In this document: positions 1 to 13,255 of the stretch, in pieces
Layout of the letters: every line of letters begins with the position of its first letter
How positions within the stretch are numbered: the first letter of the stretch is position 1
Assembly: GCF_018977255.1 (NCBI RefSeq)
Contig: NW_024704743.1
Coordinates: forward strand, 31,188,001 to 31,252,000
DNA: 64,000 nt
Direction of reading: 5' to 3'
Source of the DNA: Callorhinchus milii
Taxonomy: Eukaryota
Position numbers and translations under genes: made by a program
The notes under the pieces: model-generated
Databases searched by the model: none
The model's input: the letters and a program-made list of their open reading frames with translations, nothing else
Told to the model about the DNA's origin: nothing

Positions 1-759
1 TACACACAGCACCTGCCTATTGAGTCATTACAAGCAGGGACAAAGTCTGAATTAAACAGTAATATCTTACAAGTAATAGCCCTTCACTCTTCCTTGAATT
101 ACTATGGAGCCAGCTGTGCATCCACTAACTGATGCCACGATATTTAAATATTGTTTTTACAAAAACTCAATGTTCCTGAGATTGGAAAATGATGAAATCT
201 GCTAGATCTCAGATTCTGTGATTTCTGCTGGAAAGATCACATTTGCTGACTTCAGGCAATCATTAAATTTGGCTCAGATACGATCCCTTGTCGCAGTTAA
301 ATTACTTTCCAGTTCACATTTATAGAGAATGGACAGCTGGGCAAAGTCCTTCTGTGTTATTTCTGATACCCACACATAGGGCATCACAAAGGAGACAGAA
401 ATTGGAGAATAATGTTTTTTTAAATACAAATGCACAAGCAACAACGATCGGATATTTATATGGGGCCTTTCATGTTGCTTGACACAGATGACGGACAGCC
501 CAAGCTGGAGATGGGGCACCATTGAGAAATATGTTTGAAAAGTACAGGCGGGAGGTAAAAATGGTGTGAATAAGGGTTTCAATGGCATTTGATGTGAGAC
601 AGGGCCAGAGGTGGGCAATACAGCAAAGGTAACCTCACCTTAATGAATGCAAATATTTACCAAAAATACAAAATGATTTAAAAACCTAACAGCACAAGAC
701 AGGTAAAGAAGACTACTCCCAACACACCTGCTCTCCTCTAGAGTCTAGAGAGAGCTGCT

Positions 760-900
760 AGTGACCCCCAGCAGCTTGCCCGAATAACTATTGTTCATGT
801 GTAATCCTGCGCTGTGATGTTTGAAAAGTTGTACTGACTGCAGATGGAATCACAGGCCACAGATTCTACACATCCACACGTGAGCACTATCCAGCAAGGC
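760..900 (-). mobile_element. Ancient SINE 3' fragment (AmnSINE2-like)
   Basis: Reverse complement has CCTTGCTGGATAGTGCTCACGTGTGGA and CACATGAACAATAGTTATTCGGGCAAG, resembling the copies at 11070 and 18950. Confidence 0.45.
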
Positions 901-1049
901 AAGGTAAAGATTTGAATCAATAAGGGGTTTACAGTAAAAAACAGATGACAAAATAGCACCTGCATTTTTGCATTTCATTGCTTTGCACTCAATTCTACTC
1001 AGCCAATTTTTTTTCTGGGAATGTCCCCCCAGTCAATCAAAGAAATTAG

Positions 1050-1348
1050 CTTAATTAACAGATTCTTTGCACAGAAAGCAATGCGAATGTGGAATTCGCT
1101 GCCACAAACTATTCTTGAGTTGAGGCAAAGCCCACAAAGTGCTTTTGAAAGGGAATTAGATTATTGCTTGAAAAGAACGAATATTGAAGATTTTGGGAGC
1201 GAGGAGGAGTGATTTATTGAGAAGATTTATTAGACAAATCGGTTTAGGTGCTCATGTGAGATTAGGTTTGGTGGCTGATGTGGAGAAAAAAAACAGACTT
1301 GATGACCTGAATGGACTGTTTCTTTGTTGAAAAATTCTGTTTCTAAGG
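1050..1348 (+). mobile_element. Old CR1 LINE 3' end
   Basis: Encodes RFFAQKAMRMWNSLP...FERELD (CR1 ORF2 C-terminus), followed by a GATGACCTGAATGG...TTCTGTTTCTA tail. Confidence 0.75.
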
Positions 1349-1904
1349 AAATGAGATTTATAACTATACCTCATCTTGTTCTCTGCCTGCCTTTTATCAG
1401 ACTCAGAAACTCGACACAGTTCATTTCTGAGAAAACGCACCTTTTAAAATAAACACTTTGATTAAAAAGACAGCAGAGATTAAAGGACACAAAGGTCTTG
1501 TGTAGGCAGAAAGATGAAAGCCTGATGAGTCCTTGTTCCTGCATTACTGTGTTCTTAAGGTAAGTAATAGAGGTACTTGCTAAATGGGAACTACTGAGCT
1601 GTGACTGTCCAAAATGGAATTTCACTCAGCACATTTATCAATCATTTTAAAAACAAATTTTACACCATTCTTGCAATCTCTCTCGTCTGTCAAAAAACCA
1701 TTAAAAAATGACAGAAGAGACTTCCATCACCATCCTGAACCAGAGTGCACTAAAAGCAATAAAGCATTGGCACAACTAGTAGGGGTAATTTACGGAAAAA
1801 GGCCATGTCTCGGTATTTAATATTTAAGGGAATTTTAGAAACTTTAACATTCAACAGCTATGGATTTAAACATTGCACATAATGTAACCAATTAAATCAA
1901 AGCC

Positions 1905-2022
1905 CATTTCACCAACAAAATATGCAGTCAGTTCACTTTACAGTACATTCTGTGAAACGGTTTGAGACGTCTCAAAGACGTGATAAGGCGCTATATCAAA
2001 TGCAAGGGATCATTATTATTAT
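1905..2022 (+). mobile_element. Young tRNA-SINE, 3' fragment
   Basis: Tail GAGACGTCTCAAAGACGTGATAAGGCGCTATATCAAATGCAAG-(TTA)n shared with many copies in the window. Confidence 0.85.
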
Positions 2023-4521
2023 TTTCTCACTCCTTATGCAAGAGTCGGTTTCACACTCACTCAAGAGACTCCACTTTGGTACTTGTGTCGCAGCTGCCTG
2101 AAATCACGGTTCCAGACAGGTCCTATAAAAGGGAGGCACGTGGGCTCATTTCAGCTCCACCTGCGGGCTGATCCTTTCCTGCAGACAGCAGCTGTTTATA
2201 CTTACCTGTGGTGCAGCAGGTGCTGTACAAAAGAGCTGAACAGCTCTGCACCTGCCGCTCTGACCACTGCTCAGGTAAATCAGGATAAGATGACCTTTGT
2301 TTCCCTGTCAGGGGTGGCAGATGTTCAATGCAAAACCAACAGAACCACACCTTCTTTACTGGCACAACCTCTGCTCTGCTCTGTCATGATGATTAGATAA
2401 CCAACTGGTTTGAGTGAAGCTAATTGACAACTGATATGGCTGGGTTGTCAGAAAGGACCACTGGCAAGAAACATGATACATGCACATACGATCTAAATAA
2501 AGCTATTGGTTACTGAGGTCTGTGTATACACATCACAAGATATAGTTGGATCATGAAAAATATTTGCACATTCTTCAAAGACCAACTCTTCTGTAATAAC
2601 TATTCACAAACTAGTATAAATACACTTTCTCTTGCTGACTCTGTTCACATCATATGCAGAAAACAGTACAACTTTTTTTAAATATAATCCTACAAATATG
2701 CTCCCAATTTCTTTGGAGTGGGTGGGGGAAAGGAAAGAGATGGGGGAATTCATGCTTCAAAAACACCAAGTTCAAAGATCACATGTGAATTTGACAGATA
2801 GGTTTCTTTGAAGAGTTATATAGTGCTGTTCTAATACATTCCCCAAAGATACAACAGCAGACTTAGAACAATCTTTTTCATCCATTACTGAAGGAAAATC
2901 TGACCTAGCAAAACCATGCCACTTCAATACAAAACAAGTTTATCTGAAACACTGTTCAAATCAAGAGTTACCATACCACACAGTTAATACTTTTGAACCC
3001 AGTGGCCTTTTTTTCTTAAGGAACCATTTGCAGACAGTTACAAGAGGTTACTGACAAACCAGTTTGTAAGCAAGTAGTAAAAGACTTCAGTGCACAGATT
3101 TAATAAACAGATTTTCAGAGAAGTAGGTTGTCAAAACAGAGAGAATAGTTTTTTGATCAGAGCGAGATGTTCTTGAGTGTTGCCAACTGTCTGTAACTAG
3201 AAATGTGCTGCTTCTAGTCCATTTCTCTGTGGTGTCATGGGTCGGTCACAGCAACTTGCACATAAAGCAAAACAACAAAGTTACAAGAGACGACTCCAAG
3301 AGCAAACTCAATATTATTCTGTGCCGAGGATTCTGTTTAGACAGAGGCAACTGTATCAGTGTTTAAATAACACTTTCAATCAGCTCTTTATGGATCATAT
3401 GATACTGTGGCATGGATTACATCAATACTTTATCTGATGTATAGTAAAAGACTTTTGGACAATGAAGAATGATACAATACAATTTCCAAGGACAATGCAT
3501 CCAATTGGGTTTCTATAAAGTCTTGTCCGTATTAGCCACGTTGAGGCTTAATATAGATTCATGTGACAAAGTACTCTGAATGTTTTATTTCTCTGTCCTC
3601 AGTGGAACCTAAAAAAAAGAAATGCATAGACCACTTATTGAAATATTACAATATAATAGTATGTTGGGTACAATAACAAAAAATGGGCAGCAATAACACA
3701 AAACACGCAACCCATATTTTAGAAGGAATATATTAAAATATGAGATTTGCAGGTTCACCCAGGTAATAAGCCTTCACATTAAAGCAGTGTTTTTTTTCTG
3801 TGTTGTGTTTCTAGTTATTAATATATACTACTCTGCTTGCTATAACATACCTATTACAAAAAAAACTTATACCACAAAGAAAATGCACAATTTACTACCG
3901 GTTACTACAGATGTAAAAACCTTTCAACAATCTGGCTTGTTTGTCAGGAATGGAACAGAGTCGATGAATTTTATACGAATATTTGTCTGGCATCAGTAGG
4001 TGGGGGAGTTACTGTACTGTGTGGGGAGTTGTTTAAGTCTGTTCAGTGATATAACCGCAGAATAAACCTGGGCAGTGACTCACTAGTTATATCACATGCA
4101 ACTGTTAACTTCTTGTGAGTTCTTAAGTTACTCTCACAAGTGAAATACACGAGTTGTTTACATCTTCCACAATATATCATCTACATTCGCACATTTGCAT
4201 TCTGTCAGAATGACAACTCTGCCTAGACTGTGTGCTAATAAACTTGCAGTTATTTCATAGCCAGCTAGATCAGCGTTGCTGGCATGTTTTACCACTTTCC
4301 ATAGATTGCAACGCATGTGTCAGACATCCAGCTGACCAAAAAAAATCCATAGATTGCAGGAAGTTAATGTCTAAAGCCATCAGGTTGGTTTGCCTGAAAC
4401 AACTGAAGACGATATGTTGAGCAGACACTCAATTCTATTTCACAATTGCTCTTGATTAACAAACACAATTTACAGGAAACAACCATTTACTAAGTCATGA
4501 GTTAACAATCCTAATAAGTCA

Positions 4522-4680
4522 TTAACAACAACAATTTATACAGCACCCTTCACATTGGGGTGGGGGGAGAGCGAGACTTCTCAAAGCACTTAACATGGCT
4601 GACCAAGAGCCAGGACTGGGGTGGAGTAGGGTAGGTGGGGTGTGGACAGGGACCGAAGGGGCAATCAAAAACATAGACTT
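4522..4680 (-). mobile_element. L2 LINE 3' tail fragment
   Basis: (CAA)n end and purine-rich body match the L2 tail at 11760. Confidence 0.6.
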
Positions 4681-5909
4681 TAAAGTGGTCAGTACTGTTA
4701 AAAGAATTAATTGCATGAATGTGATCTGGCTGCCTTTGAACTTCAGTTAATGAATAAATACATTTCACGTGTTTTCCAGCGCAATTCTATTTGTGAAATC
4801 CCAAAACATACTTGGTATTCAAAATTGATTATATCTACCAGGCAAATTTGACAGCATCAGAAATCCAGACAGAAATAACACCCTGGAGTCGTTTGAGTAC
4901 GCAAACAGAAAGGAGCTGAAGACTAGTGCACCTTTGGTGCCATCTACTGGAGTTAACAAAAAAACACCCTTCCCCCATGCCTCTTTCTCCACAGCACCAT
5001 ATCACTGAATATTAACCCCTGAACAGCATTAAATTCCTCACTCATCTGGGACCAAGTTGTACTTTAGCTTTATTTTTTCTGGTGGCGTTAATAGATTTCC
5101 CTTATTTTGTGACCAGTATACATTTCGCTTACTGTCTGCGGGGGTGTATTTTTTAATGGGATTAATCTACACGACCCCTGCAATGTGTGCTACTGGAATC
5201 AATATTGCTCAACAATATAACCAGCTCAAGAAAATCAGCCTTTGAATCCATTTAAATTTTAGATATTAAAATGTAAAGTGTGCCGAACAGAGTTAAAGCA
5301 ATTTTTTTTATTGCTTTGGTGGCCGTTATCTTGACTGTACTTTAGAAAGGATCACAGCCAACGTATGTTGCAAAGAATCTGAACACAGTACAGATTTCTT
5401 TGGTGATCTCGGCAGTGGCTACAGCAGGGGTGGGGAGGAAAAGAAGACATCAGCTTGGAGGAAAACAGTTTTAAAAATAGTTTTCAGCTTCCTGGCCAAA
5501 AGAGTATGGAAGCCGCATTCCGGAGAACAACATCTGCCAAATATGTTGTGGGGTTATGCAGGCTCTTTCTGAAGGCTCAGAGAGCATAGGGTGCAATGAG
5601 ATAATTATAGCTTCTTCACCCATTGATTTGTTACCAGTTCTTCCTCCCTCCCTTATTTTCACTTTCAAAGGCCTTTTACTGCAAAATGTGAAGCATATTC
5701 TGCTTCAAATGGATCTTTCAAGATTAAACATATAAACATATTAAAAAGAGCTCAAGGCCAAGCAAAGCATTCAACTTTACCAGGAAGTAAGCTTATCCTA
5801 CAAATGTGTTCAAACCCAAGCACCTCTCTACCAGTCTGACATGTTCGTGCCCCCTTCACTCAGCTGGCACAGGCCTGCTGTGCATCCCCCAACCCTCGTG
5901 CTGGCTGTG

Positions 5910-6090
5910 TTAGCCAAAACACTGCGAGAAACTCCAGGAGAAACTCCCTTCTCTGTTTGAATAGGGCCATAGGATTTTTAACGTCCAGCTGAAATATCCC
6001 ATCCGAAGGACAGCGCCTCTAACCATGCAGCACACCTCCAGCACTGCACTGAAGTAGATTATGAATTCAAACCAATGCAGCTTCAACCCA
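5910..6090 (-). mobile_element. Deu-domain SINE fragment (SacSINE1/AmnSINE1-like)
   Basis: Reverse complement has CAGTGCAGTGCTGGAGG...GTCCTTCGGATG...GGACGTTAAAAATCCTATGGCCCTATTCAAAC, typical of the Deu domain. Confidence 0.7.
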
Positions 6091-6186
6091 TGTTGATATA
6101 TTACCTTATCACATCATCAAACGGCTCAAAGCACTTCACAGAATTTATTATAGATTCTAGTGACTGTTTATATACTAAGCTTTTGT

Positions 6187-6915
6187 GGAGTCCTGTAGTT
6201 CAGTGGTTCGAGCACTTGCCTCATAAGCGAGTGATCTGGGTTTGATTCCCGGCAGGATGAAATGTTAATAATAATAATAATAATCCTTGCATTTGATATA
6301 GCGCTTTTCACGTCTTTTAGACGTCTCAAAGCGCTTCACAGAATATACTGTAAAGTGAATTGACTGTATATATTTGTGGGCGAAATGCAGAAGCCAATTG
6401 CGCACAACAGTGTCCCACAAACAGTCGTGGATTGAAGTGACCAATTTATTATTGGGTTTTTTCTTGAGGGATTATTATTAGGCGTGTGGAGTGTGGAAAC
6501 AAAATTAAATTCAGATTTTAATTATAAATGGTTTCAGATCTTGAACATTTCTTCAGTAAATTATAAAGGAAATATACCAGTGATATCACCTTATGTGGAG
6601 GGTTTCCCATCTCTGTAAGCTGATTGATGTTAGGCAAGTTTGCTCACTCCACGTGCCTGTTTACCTAACAGTAAGTAGGAACCCGTTTCTTAGTTAATTG
6701 GCAGATCGCTTTTCCAGGGATAATAATTCCTTAAAAGATAATAAATTGGTCACTCAATCCACAACTGTTTGTGGGACACTGCTGTGCGCAATTGGCCGCC
6801 GCGTTTTGCCCACAAAATATACAGTCAATTCACTTTACAGTATATTCTGTGAAGCGCTTTGAGCCGTCTCAAAGACGTGATAAGGCTCTATATCAAATGC
6901 AACGATTATTATTAT
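6187..6915 (+). mobile_element. Young tRNA-SINE, long form, split by a nested insertion at 6268-6626
   Basis: Head at 6187-6267 resumes at about 6633 (GGCAAGTTT); ATGTTA is duplicated at 6262 and 6627. Confidence 0.85.
6268..6500 (-). mobile_element. Young tRNA-SINE, short form, 5'-truncated, nested
   Basis: Reverse complement of the SINE body, with the (AAT)n tail at 6268. Confidence 0.9.
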
Positions 6916-9045
6916 AGGCGTATGGGTAACCTCATAGGCAGAGAAACACAAACAAATTTTAATATGCCCAGGCATTCCTCATGTGAACTTGCTTCGCCAT
7001 TGTGTCTGTACAAGTTGGTCATAACACTCTTTGAACACAAACACACAGCTTTGTTACAGTATTGCATTGTTTGTTTTGCTACCACTGCCACAATGTGAAT
7101 GAGGACTTCTGTAGCTTGCATTTGATCAGCGCAGACTGTATCTGTTTGGTGCCTCTGTTGTGAAATTTTAGATAGAAGACTTCTGTCAAGTCATAAATTA
7201 GACCTTTCCCAAAACATATCAAAGAGATTAAGTAACTTGTTGTTACTTTTCTAGAAGGGAGTGTCGAAATCATTACAAAACCACTAGTAAATAGTTGTTA
7301 GTAAGTCATCCTAGTTCAACAAAGTGATTCATTTTTCAGAAGTGTATCAGTTTCGTAAAAAAAAAGTCTTAATTTGGCACTGAAGAAATACCTGCTCAAC
7401 AGACATCATGAATCTCAACCAGTTAATTCCACAACAAAAACATGTTTATGTGGTTCATGTTCTCTTTCTCAAATACAGCACGTACCAGTTCCTGGCATTT
7501 TCAGTGCAAGCACCACCCACGTTTGACAAGACATGTCTGCTTTCGACCGACAGAGGCAGTCTGCTTTGACCTTTCACTTAAATATGCTCATTCAAGAGTG
7601 AACCCACTTGGTGACTGATACTTACAGAACAGGTTACTTCTTCGTTGTCAACATTCAGAAACAGCAGTGCCTCCATTTTCAAAATCAAGTGTATTTTCCC
7701 CTATAGCTGCAAATACAAGTATACCAAGAGAAAGTACAGAAACAATTCAAATGTTTCTATACATTTCTTCCTACAATCCTACGTGTTTGTATACAGAAAA
7801 AAATATTGCCCTGTGGTTCCTATATTTGGATTCTGTGTAATGTTTTATATTTGATGATGACAAGCTTCTACATTTTCTACACATATCCACAGATCCAACC
7901 CCATTGGCAATCAATGTTGTGTAAAAGCACAAAAAACAGCATTTGTCTTGGTTTTATCTTCCATTTCTCTCTGCTGCTTGTTTGGTGAATTGCTCTGTCA
8001 CAGCTGCTATCATAGGCCATTGATTCGTAGATATTCAGCTTCCTGTCAGTCAACTGCACGGTATGGTATTAAATCATACAGATCAGGAAGTCCTAAACTT
8101 AGACCCAGGCCAATATGCCACAGATTTGGGATAATTAATAGTATTTTACAGTCAGTAAGATCAGAATACAACACACTAAAACAAATATAAAAGCTAAACC
8201 CATGCACAGTTAGTATTATAATTATACATTCACATAATTTATGGACACAAAATATAATGAGAATAATGTAACCCTAACGTTAAAAAAAGTCACTGCACAT
8301 TCACACCTACCTTGTTGCTTCATTTATTCATGGAATACTGGTATTGGCAGTAGATGGAATGGATGCCCAATTGAAAAAAAGCTTAGTTTCTGTAGATTTA
8401 TAAATATGACTGATTGACAGTAATTTAAAACAAACTCATACCCACACAAGCTCATTCTGGGCTTTAAATTGCAAAATTCTCAAAAAAAAAAGGAATTGTA
8501 AACAGCAAATCTGGTACGCTGCCGGAATTTGCCCTCCCCCCAAATGTGGAGGCCACAATCCACCACAAGTCGAAACTGAGAACAGATTCTGATAATACAC
8601 AATTATGCATGGGAGATCCAGAGCTTTCATTGAAGAATGAAATCATGAGACCTCTCACTAGAATCAAGAACAAGTTGGGGATGGGTGGGAGGAATCTTTT
8701 ATCATTATTTGAATTGTAGTGTAAAGTACTTTAAATATCCGATACCTGAAAGAAACAGAGTTCCTACACTGAATTACTCAGGGTCTTTATATGTTAACAG
8801 ACAAACTGCTGTTCAAAGTCAATCCAACCCAAGCTAAAGGGGACAGAGAAATTAATGAGTGAATGGGAAGCAGCAGATGGTGTGGCTATGGTCTGCACTG
8901 CACAGCACATTCGCCACCTCAAGCAGATCCCACATAAGCCAAGCCCTAGGGCACCACCTGGTAGAGATGTAATTACCTAAATATGCACCTTCTGATTCAT
9001 TGCACCTTAACAATTTCTATTTGTTCTTAGTCTAAGTATTCACTT

Positions 9046-9068
9046 TGTGTGTGTGTGTGTGTGTTTGT
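9046..9068. repeat. (GT)n microsatellite
   Basis: Read directly from the sequence. Confidence 0.9.
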
Positions 9069-10074
9069 GCATTTCGAGCTCCTTGGTTCAGAAGCAAACG
9101 ACTAAAATCTCTCTGTCCTTCTTTAACACCGACTCCACGAAGAGCATAGTAAGAGGCCAATGATGTGTTGCTTTGCAGGGTGCCAATTCAGCCTAGCAGA
9201 GGTGACATCACCCTTCGTACACCAATAACAATGGCCCTTTAGCACCCAAAGCTGCAACCGAGACATTGTTGGATGAAATAAAAAACAGAAAATGATGGCA
9301 TGATAAAGCAGGTCTGTGGTGTGGCAGGTGCAACTCTGTTTTTTAGGGTGAAGGTATGTAATTTACAAGCATGGCTTGCAGGTCACAGCTTTACTTCTTT
9401 GTCACAGGCACTTCAATGCCAGTGTGCACGAGATCGATCACGGAAGGCACTGCTGCTTTGCCAGCTGCCTACCTTTATTTTTTCCAAGGGCAGATCAGAA
9501 TAAGTGCTTGTTCAGCATAATAGCTGCTCCAGGATTCAACAAGAAAAGCATCTGGAGGTATTAAAATCAAATTGCATCACCTTGAATAGAATCTAAACCT
9601 CATTCGTGCTGCAGTTATTTGTTATATTTCAATGCTTGTTGCTGAACCACAGAATAACAATACTAAAGAACCAATTAATTGCACTAACTCTACAAGCGAC
9701 CGAGAATGTAAGAGCACACAATATACCAATCCCCTTTTCAAAACAACAGTATACGGTGCCTGCAATTGTTCCTTTTATGTGCAAACTGCACAAAGAAAGC
9801 CTGGCATTCCAAGCAGAGTCCCATATTTGTAAACTGCCAACCTCTGAGACGTGCTCTGCACAGAATCATAAAAGTGCTTTGTAAAAAAACTCTTCCTTTT
9901 AATCAACTGGGCATCAACAATTCCCCCCAATGTTTTTCATTCAGATTTATCAGACCTCTTTGAATACAAGGTTCCGTAGGGGCTACACTGAGATCAAGGG
10001 CAAAGACAAGCTGGTGTGAACTCAAGGGCTGACTGAAAGTAGTGTGCATCTTAAAACTTTAAATCTGGGAATAC

Positions 10075-10225
10075 AAACATTTGAACAGGAAGCATATAAG
10101 ATGTAAGCAGAAAGAGGACGGGAGATGGGATTAGTATAGTTAACTCCAGTGAAGGAGCTTGCACCAGCATATGCTCAACAGACTGAATGGTCTCCTCCCT
10201 ATACAACAATTTCTATAATTCTATA
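10075..10225 (+). mobile_element. Old CR1 3' tail
   Basis: GGGATTAG...GGAGCTTGCACCAG...GACTGAATGGTCTCCT...TTCTATAATTCTAT, similar to the CR1 tail at 15780-15909. Confidence 0.6.
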
Positions 10226-10404
10226 AATGCGTAATCATATTTTGTTCACTATTGTTTTGTTTGCCGTAAAGTACACTTTCTCATGGGCTGTTACATACAA
10301 TATTGTTATATATAGGTGAGGGGTTTCTGTATGTGTCAGACACCCGGCTGATAAAAATAACATACCAATAATGTTCATACTTTTAATCAAATTACATCAT
10401 CTTA

Positions 10405-10775
10405 TCTCAGTTGGTATCACTGTCACTTCTGAGTCAGAAGGTTGTGGCCTCTGAACGCACTGTCTAGGCTTATATCAACTGTAATGTTGGGGGACTGTTG
10501 CATTGTTAGTGATGCTGTCCTTTGGATGAGGTGTTAAACTGTGAACCTGGTCAGTGGACATAAAGAACCTGTGACACTATTCAAACAGAGAAAACGGTTT
10601 CTCACAGAGTCCTTGCCAACAACTCCACAGATAAAATTGGTCATTCATTTTATGGTTGTTTGTGGGACTTTGCTGTGTGCAAATTAGCTGCTAATTTGCA
10701 GTCAATACACTTTACAGTATGTCCTGTCTGTGAAGTGCTTTCAGACATGGAAGATGCTGGCGCAAATGCAAAGAT
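10405..10775 (+). mobile_element. Deu-domain SINE, near full length
   Basis: tRNA-like head CTCAGTTGGTA...TCTGAGTCAGAAGGTTGTGG, Deu core GGATGAGGTGTTAAAC...GTGGACATAAAGA, and a TGTGGGACTTTGCTGTGTGCAAATT 3' part. Confidence 0.8.
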
Positions 10776-11064
10776 TTTTTTAGTTAGGAAGCTCACTTTC
10801 CATGATTTGTATGGAAGGTTATAGTCCAGGCTATAGTTATCTGTTGAATTCATCAGTCACATTAAAGGATAGTTTGAGGGCACAGGTTTCTCTTTTCTCT
10901 TATGAAAGTTCCCCAACCTCTCAGGTTTTCCTTCATCCCTCTGGCTTGTGCACTGGTTCACCAATGCGCAGGGTGGAAGGATCTTAGCAGAACATTTCAG
11001 AAAGTGGGGCAGTGTGACTTAAAACCCAGCCATTAATGACAGGATTGGGATGCGGTGACAGGTG

Positions 11065-11240
11065 AAAGGAAAATCCCCCAAGGTTCCTGCTCCTGATCAC
11101 TCCAGAAACTCCCTGGAAACTCACAAGTGTGACTGTCGGTGAGGACCTGTTCAGTGAAAAGCTTTCATGCCTCATAGTTTTGAAACATGTCAACATATGT
11201 CATGACTTCCATGTGAAGAATGGCCACTTGAGCAAGATCC
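11065..11240 (+). mobile_element. Ancient SINE fragment (AmnSINE2-like)
   Basis: AGGTTCCTGCTCCTGATC and CATGTGAAGAATGGCCACTTGAGCAAG motifs. Confidence 0.6.
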
Positions 11241-11759
11241 TACAAAAAAATTAACCCATCCCATTAGAAGGAAAAGTAGTCAAACGGGATCAGGAGAGGA
11301 GATGGGAGAAAAATTAAGGGCATGGAAAATAATAAAAATCTGGACACATTAATGGCATAAACTGGTGGTGGACTCAGAATTAAATCCCTATATCCTCGCC
11401 AACAAACATCTTCTTTTCCCAGCAGATGCTCTCCCCTCCCTGTCATCACTTATATCCTCTCATACCTTTGCTGACTGCAACAGCTGCCATGGAAACATTA
11501 CTCCCCTCTCTAAACATTAATGCATGTGTGAAAAACAGTGAAATTATATGCAATTGCACATACATCAATCTAGCTGCAACATAAGTATGTTATTGGATCT
11601 GCCTCCCCTGTAGCGGGACCTGAAAAACATCACCAATTTGCTCACCAATGAACCGGATAAAGCAGAGCTAGGACTGAAGGCCTAGTAATACTGCCGCTCA
11701 GCCACAGACTCTGACAAATTGCTCCAATTTTGCATTAGGCTACAAGATTTGCTTTCTCA

Positions 11760-13255
11760 AACAACAACAAAATTACATTTATTTAGTGCCTTTCACGTCG
11801 GGAGGACGTCCCAAGGCTCTGGACATTCAGAGTTTCGGACCCAAGCTGGGGGTCGGGATTGGGGAGGGTGGAGGGCAGGGGAGGAAGCAGAGTGATCGAA
11901 AGCACGGTCGAAGAGGAGGGTCTTGAGATGGCTCTTGAAGGAGGCAAGGGAGGGGGAGAGGTGGAGGGACTGTGGAATGGAGTTCCAGAGGGTGGAGGCA
12001 GAGTGGCACAAGGTCCGCCCACCAATGGTGGGGTGGGTGAGGCAGACGACGTGAAGCAGGGCGGAGGGAGCGGGCAGGATGGTAGGGGGTTAGAAGGTCT
12101 CAAAAGGTGGGGAGCAAGACCATGGAGGGCTTTGAAGGTAAGGACCAGGATCATGAACTGTATCCTCTGTGTGATGAGAAGGCAATGGAGTCGGGTGAGG
12201 ATGGGGGTGATAGGCTCAGGAGAGGACATGGGCTGCATAGTTCTGGATGAACTGCAGCCTATGGAGGGAGGAGTTGGGAAGGCCGTCAAGCAAGGAGTTT
12301 GCATTGTCAAGCCTCGATGCAATGAATGCGGGAATGTAATGTATGAGGATTTTGGTGGCCTGCGGTGTGAGACAGTGGCAGAGCCAGTGAAGTTGCGGAG
12401 GTGGGGAAAGACAGTGCGGGTCATGGCATGGATTTGGGGTAGAAAGGATAATTGAGGGTCAAACAAGATGGTATGGAGGCACTAACGGGAGCCAATCAGG
12501 AGAGTCTCGGTCTTGTTGACGTTCAGCTGAAGAAAGTTGGCTCTCATCCAGGACTTGATGTCTGACAAACATTCTGTAAGCACAGCAGTGGTCCTGGAGT
12601 CAAGGGTGGAGGCAGAAAGGTACAGTTGGGTGTCATCCGCATACATGTGGAAGTTGACCACATGTCTGCGGAGGCTGTCACCAAGAGGGAGCATATAGAT
12701 ATTGAAGAGGAGGGGACTAAGGACAGAGGCCTGAGGAACGCTGCACGAGACAGTGTGAGGGCTAGAGGAGAAACCATTAGTGGAAATGAAGTGGAGATGG
12801 TGTGAGAGGTACGAACTGAACCAGTCAAGGACAGAGCCATGAAGGTTAAGGTGAGAGAAGAGGCGGTGGATGAGGATAGAGTGGTCGGCAGTGTCGAAGG
12901 TAGCAGAAAGGTCAAGGAGGCAGAGGGAGCCCTGGTTCCAGATGGACAGAATATCATTTGTCACATTGACCAGGGCTGTTTCTGTGCTGTGGGCGGCATG
13001 GAAACCCGATTGGAGGGGTTCGAGAAGGGAGTGGCGGGAGAGAGGAAGGAGCGAAGCTGAGAAGCAACAACTCGTTCCAGGACCTTGGAGAGGAAAGGGA
13101 GGTTGGAGATGGGGCAGTAGTTTGAGAGTAGAGGGTCCAGAGAGGTTTTTTTAAGAATGGGAGTGATGATGGCTGTTTTTAATGGGGTGGGGACAGAACC
13201 AGTGGAAAAGGAGACGTTTATGATTTCTGTGAGTAGAAGGGCAAGGAGGAAGAAA
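11760..13255 (-). mobile_element. L2 LINE, 5'-truncated, degenerate ORF2 (reverse transcriptase)
   Basis: Segments encode NYCPISNLPFLSKVLE, LLDLSATFDT, VPQASVLSPLLF, HMYADDTQLY and LNVNKTE; frameshifts are present; ends in a (TTG)n tail. Confidence 0.95.

Noticed and set aside
730..756. Short palindrome around CTCTAGAGTCTAGAG
   Set aside because: Low complexity and within chance expectation.
2200..2310. Possible minus-strand exon ending in a perfect CAG|GTAAGT donor
   Set aside because: No convincing acceptor and no CDKAL1-like peptide; consensus donors occur by chance in 64 kb.
11859..12455. Long Gly- or Pro-rich ORFs (also 31880, 62647, 62915)
   Set aside because: Antisense or alternative frames of C-rich L2 sequence.
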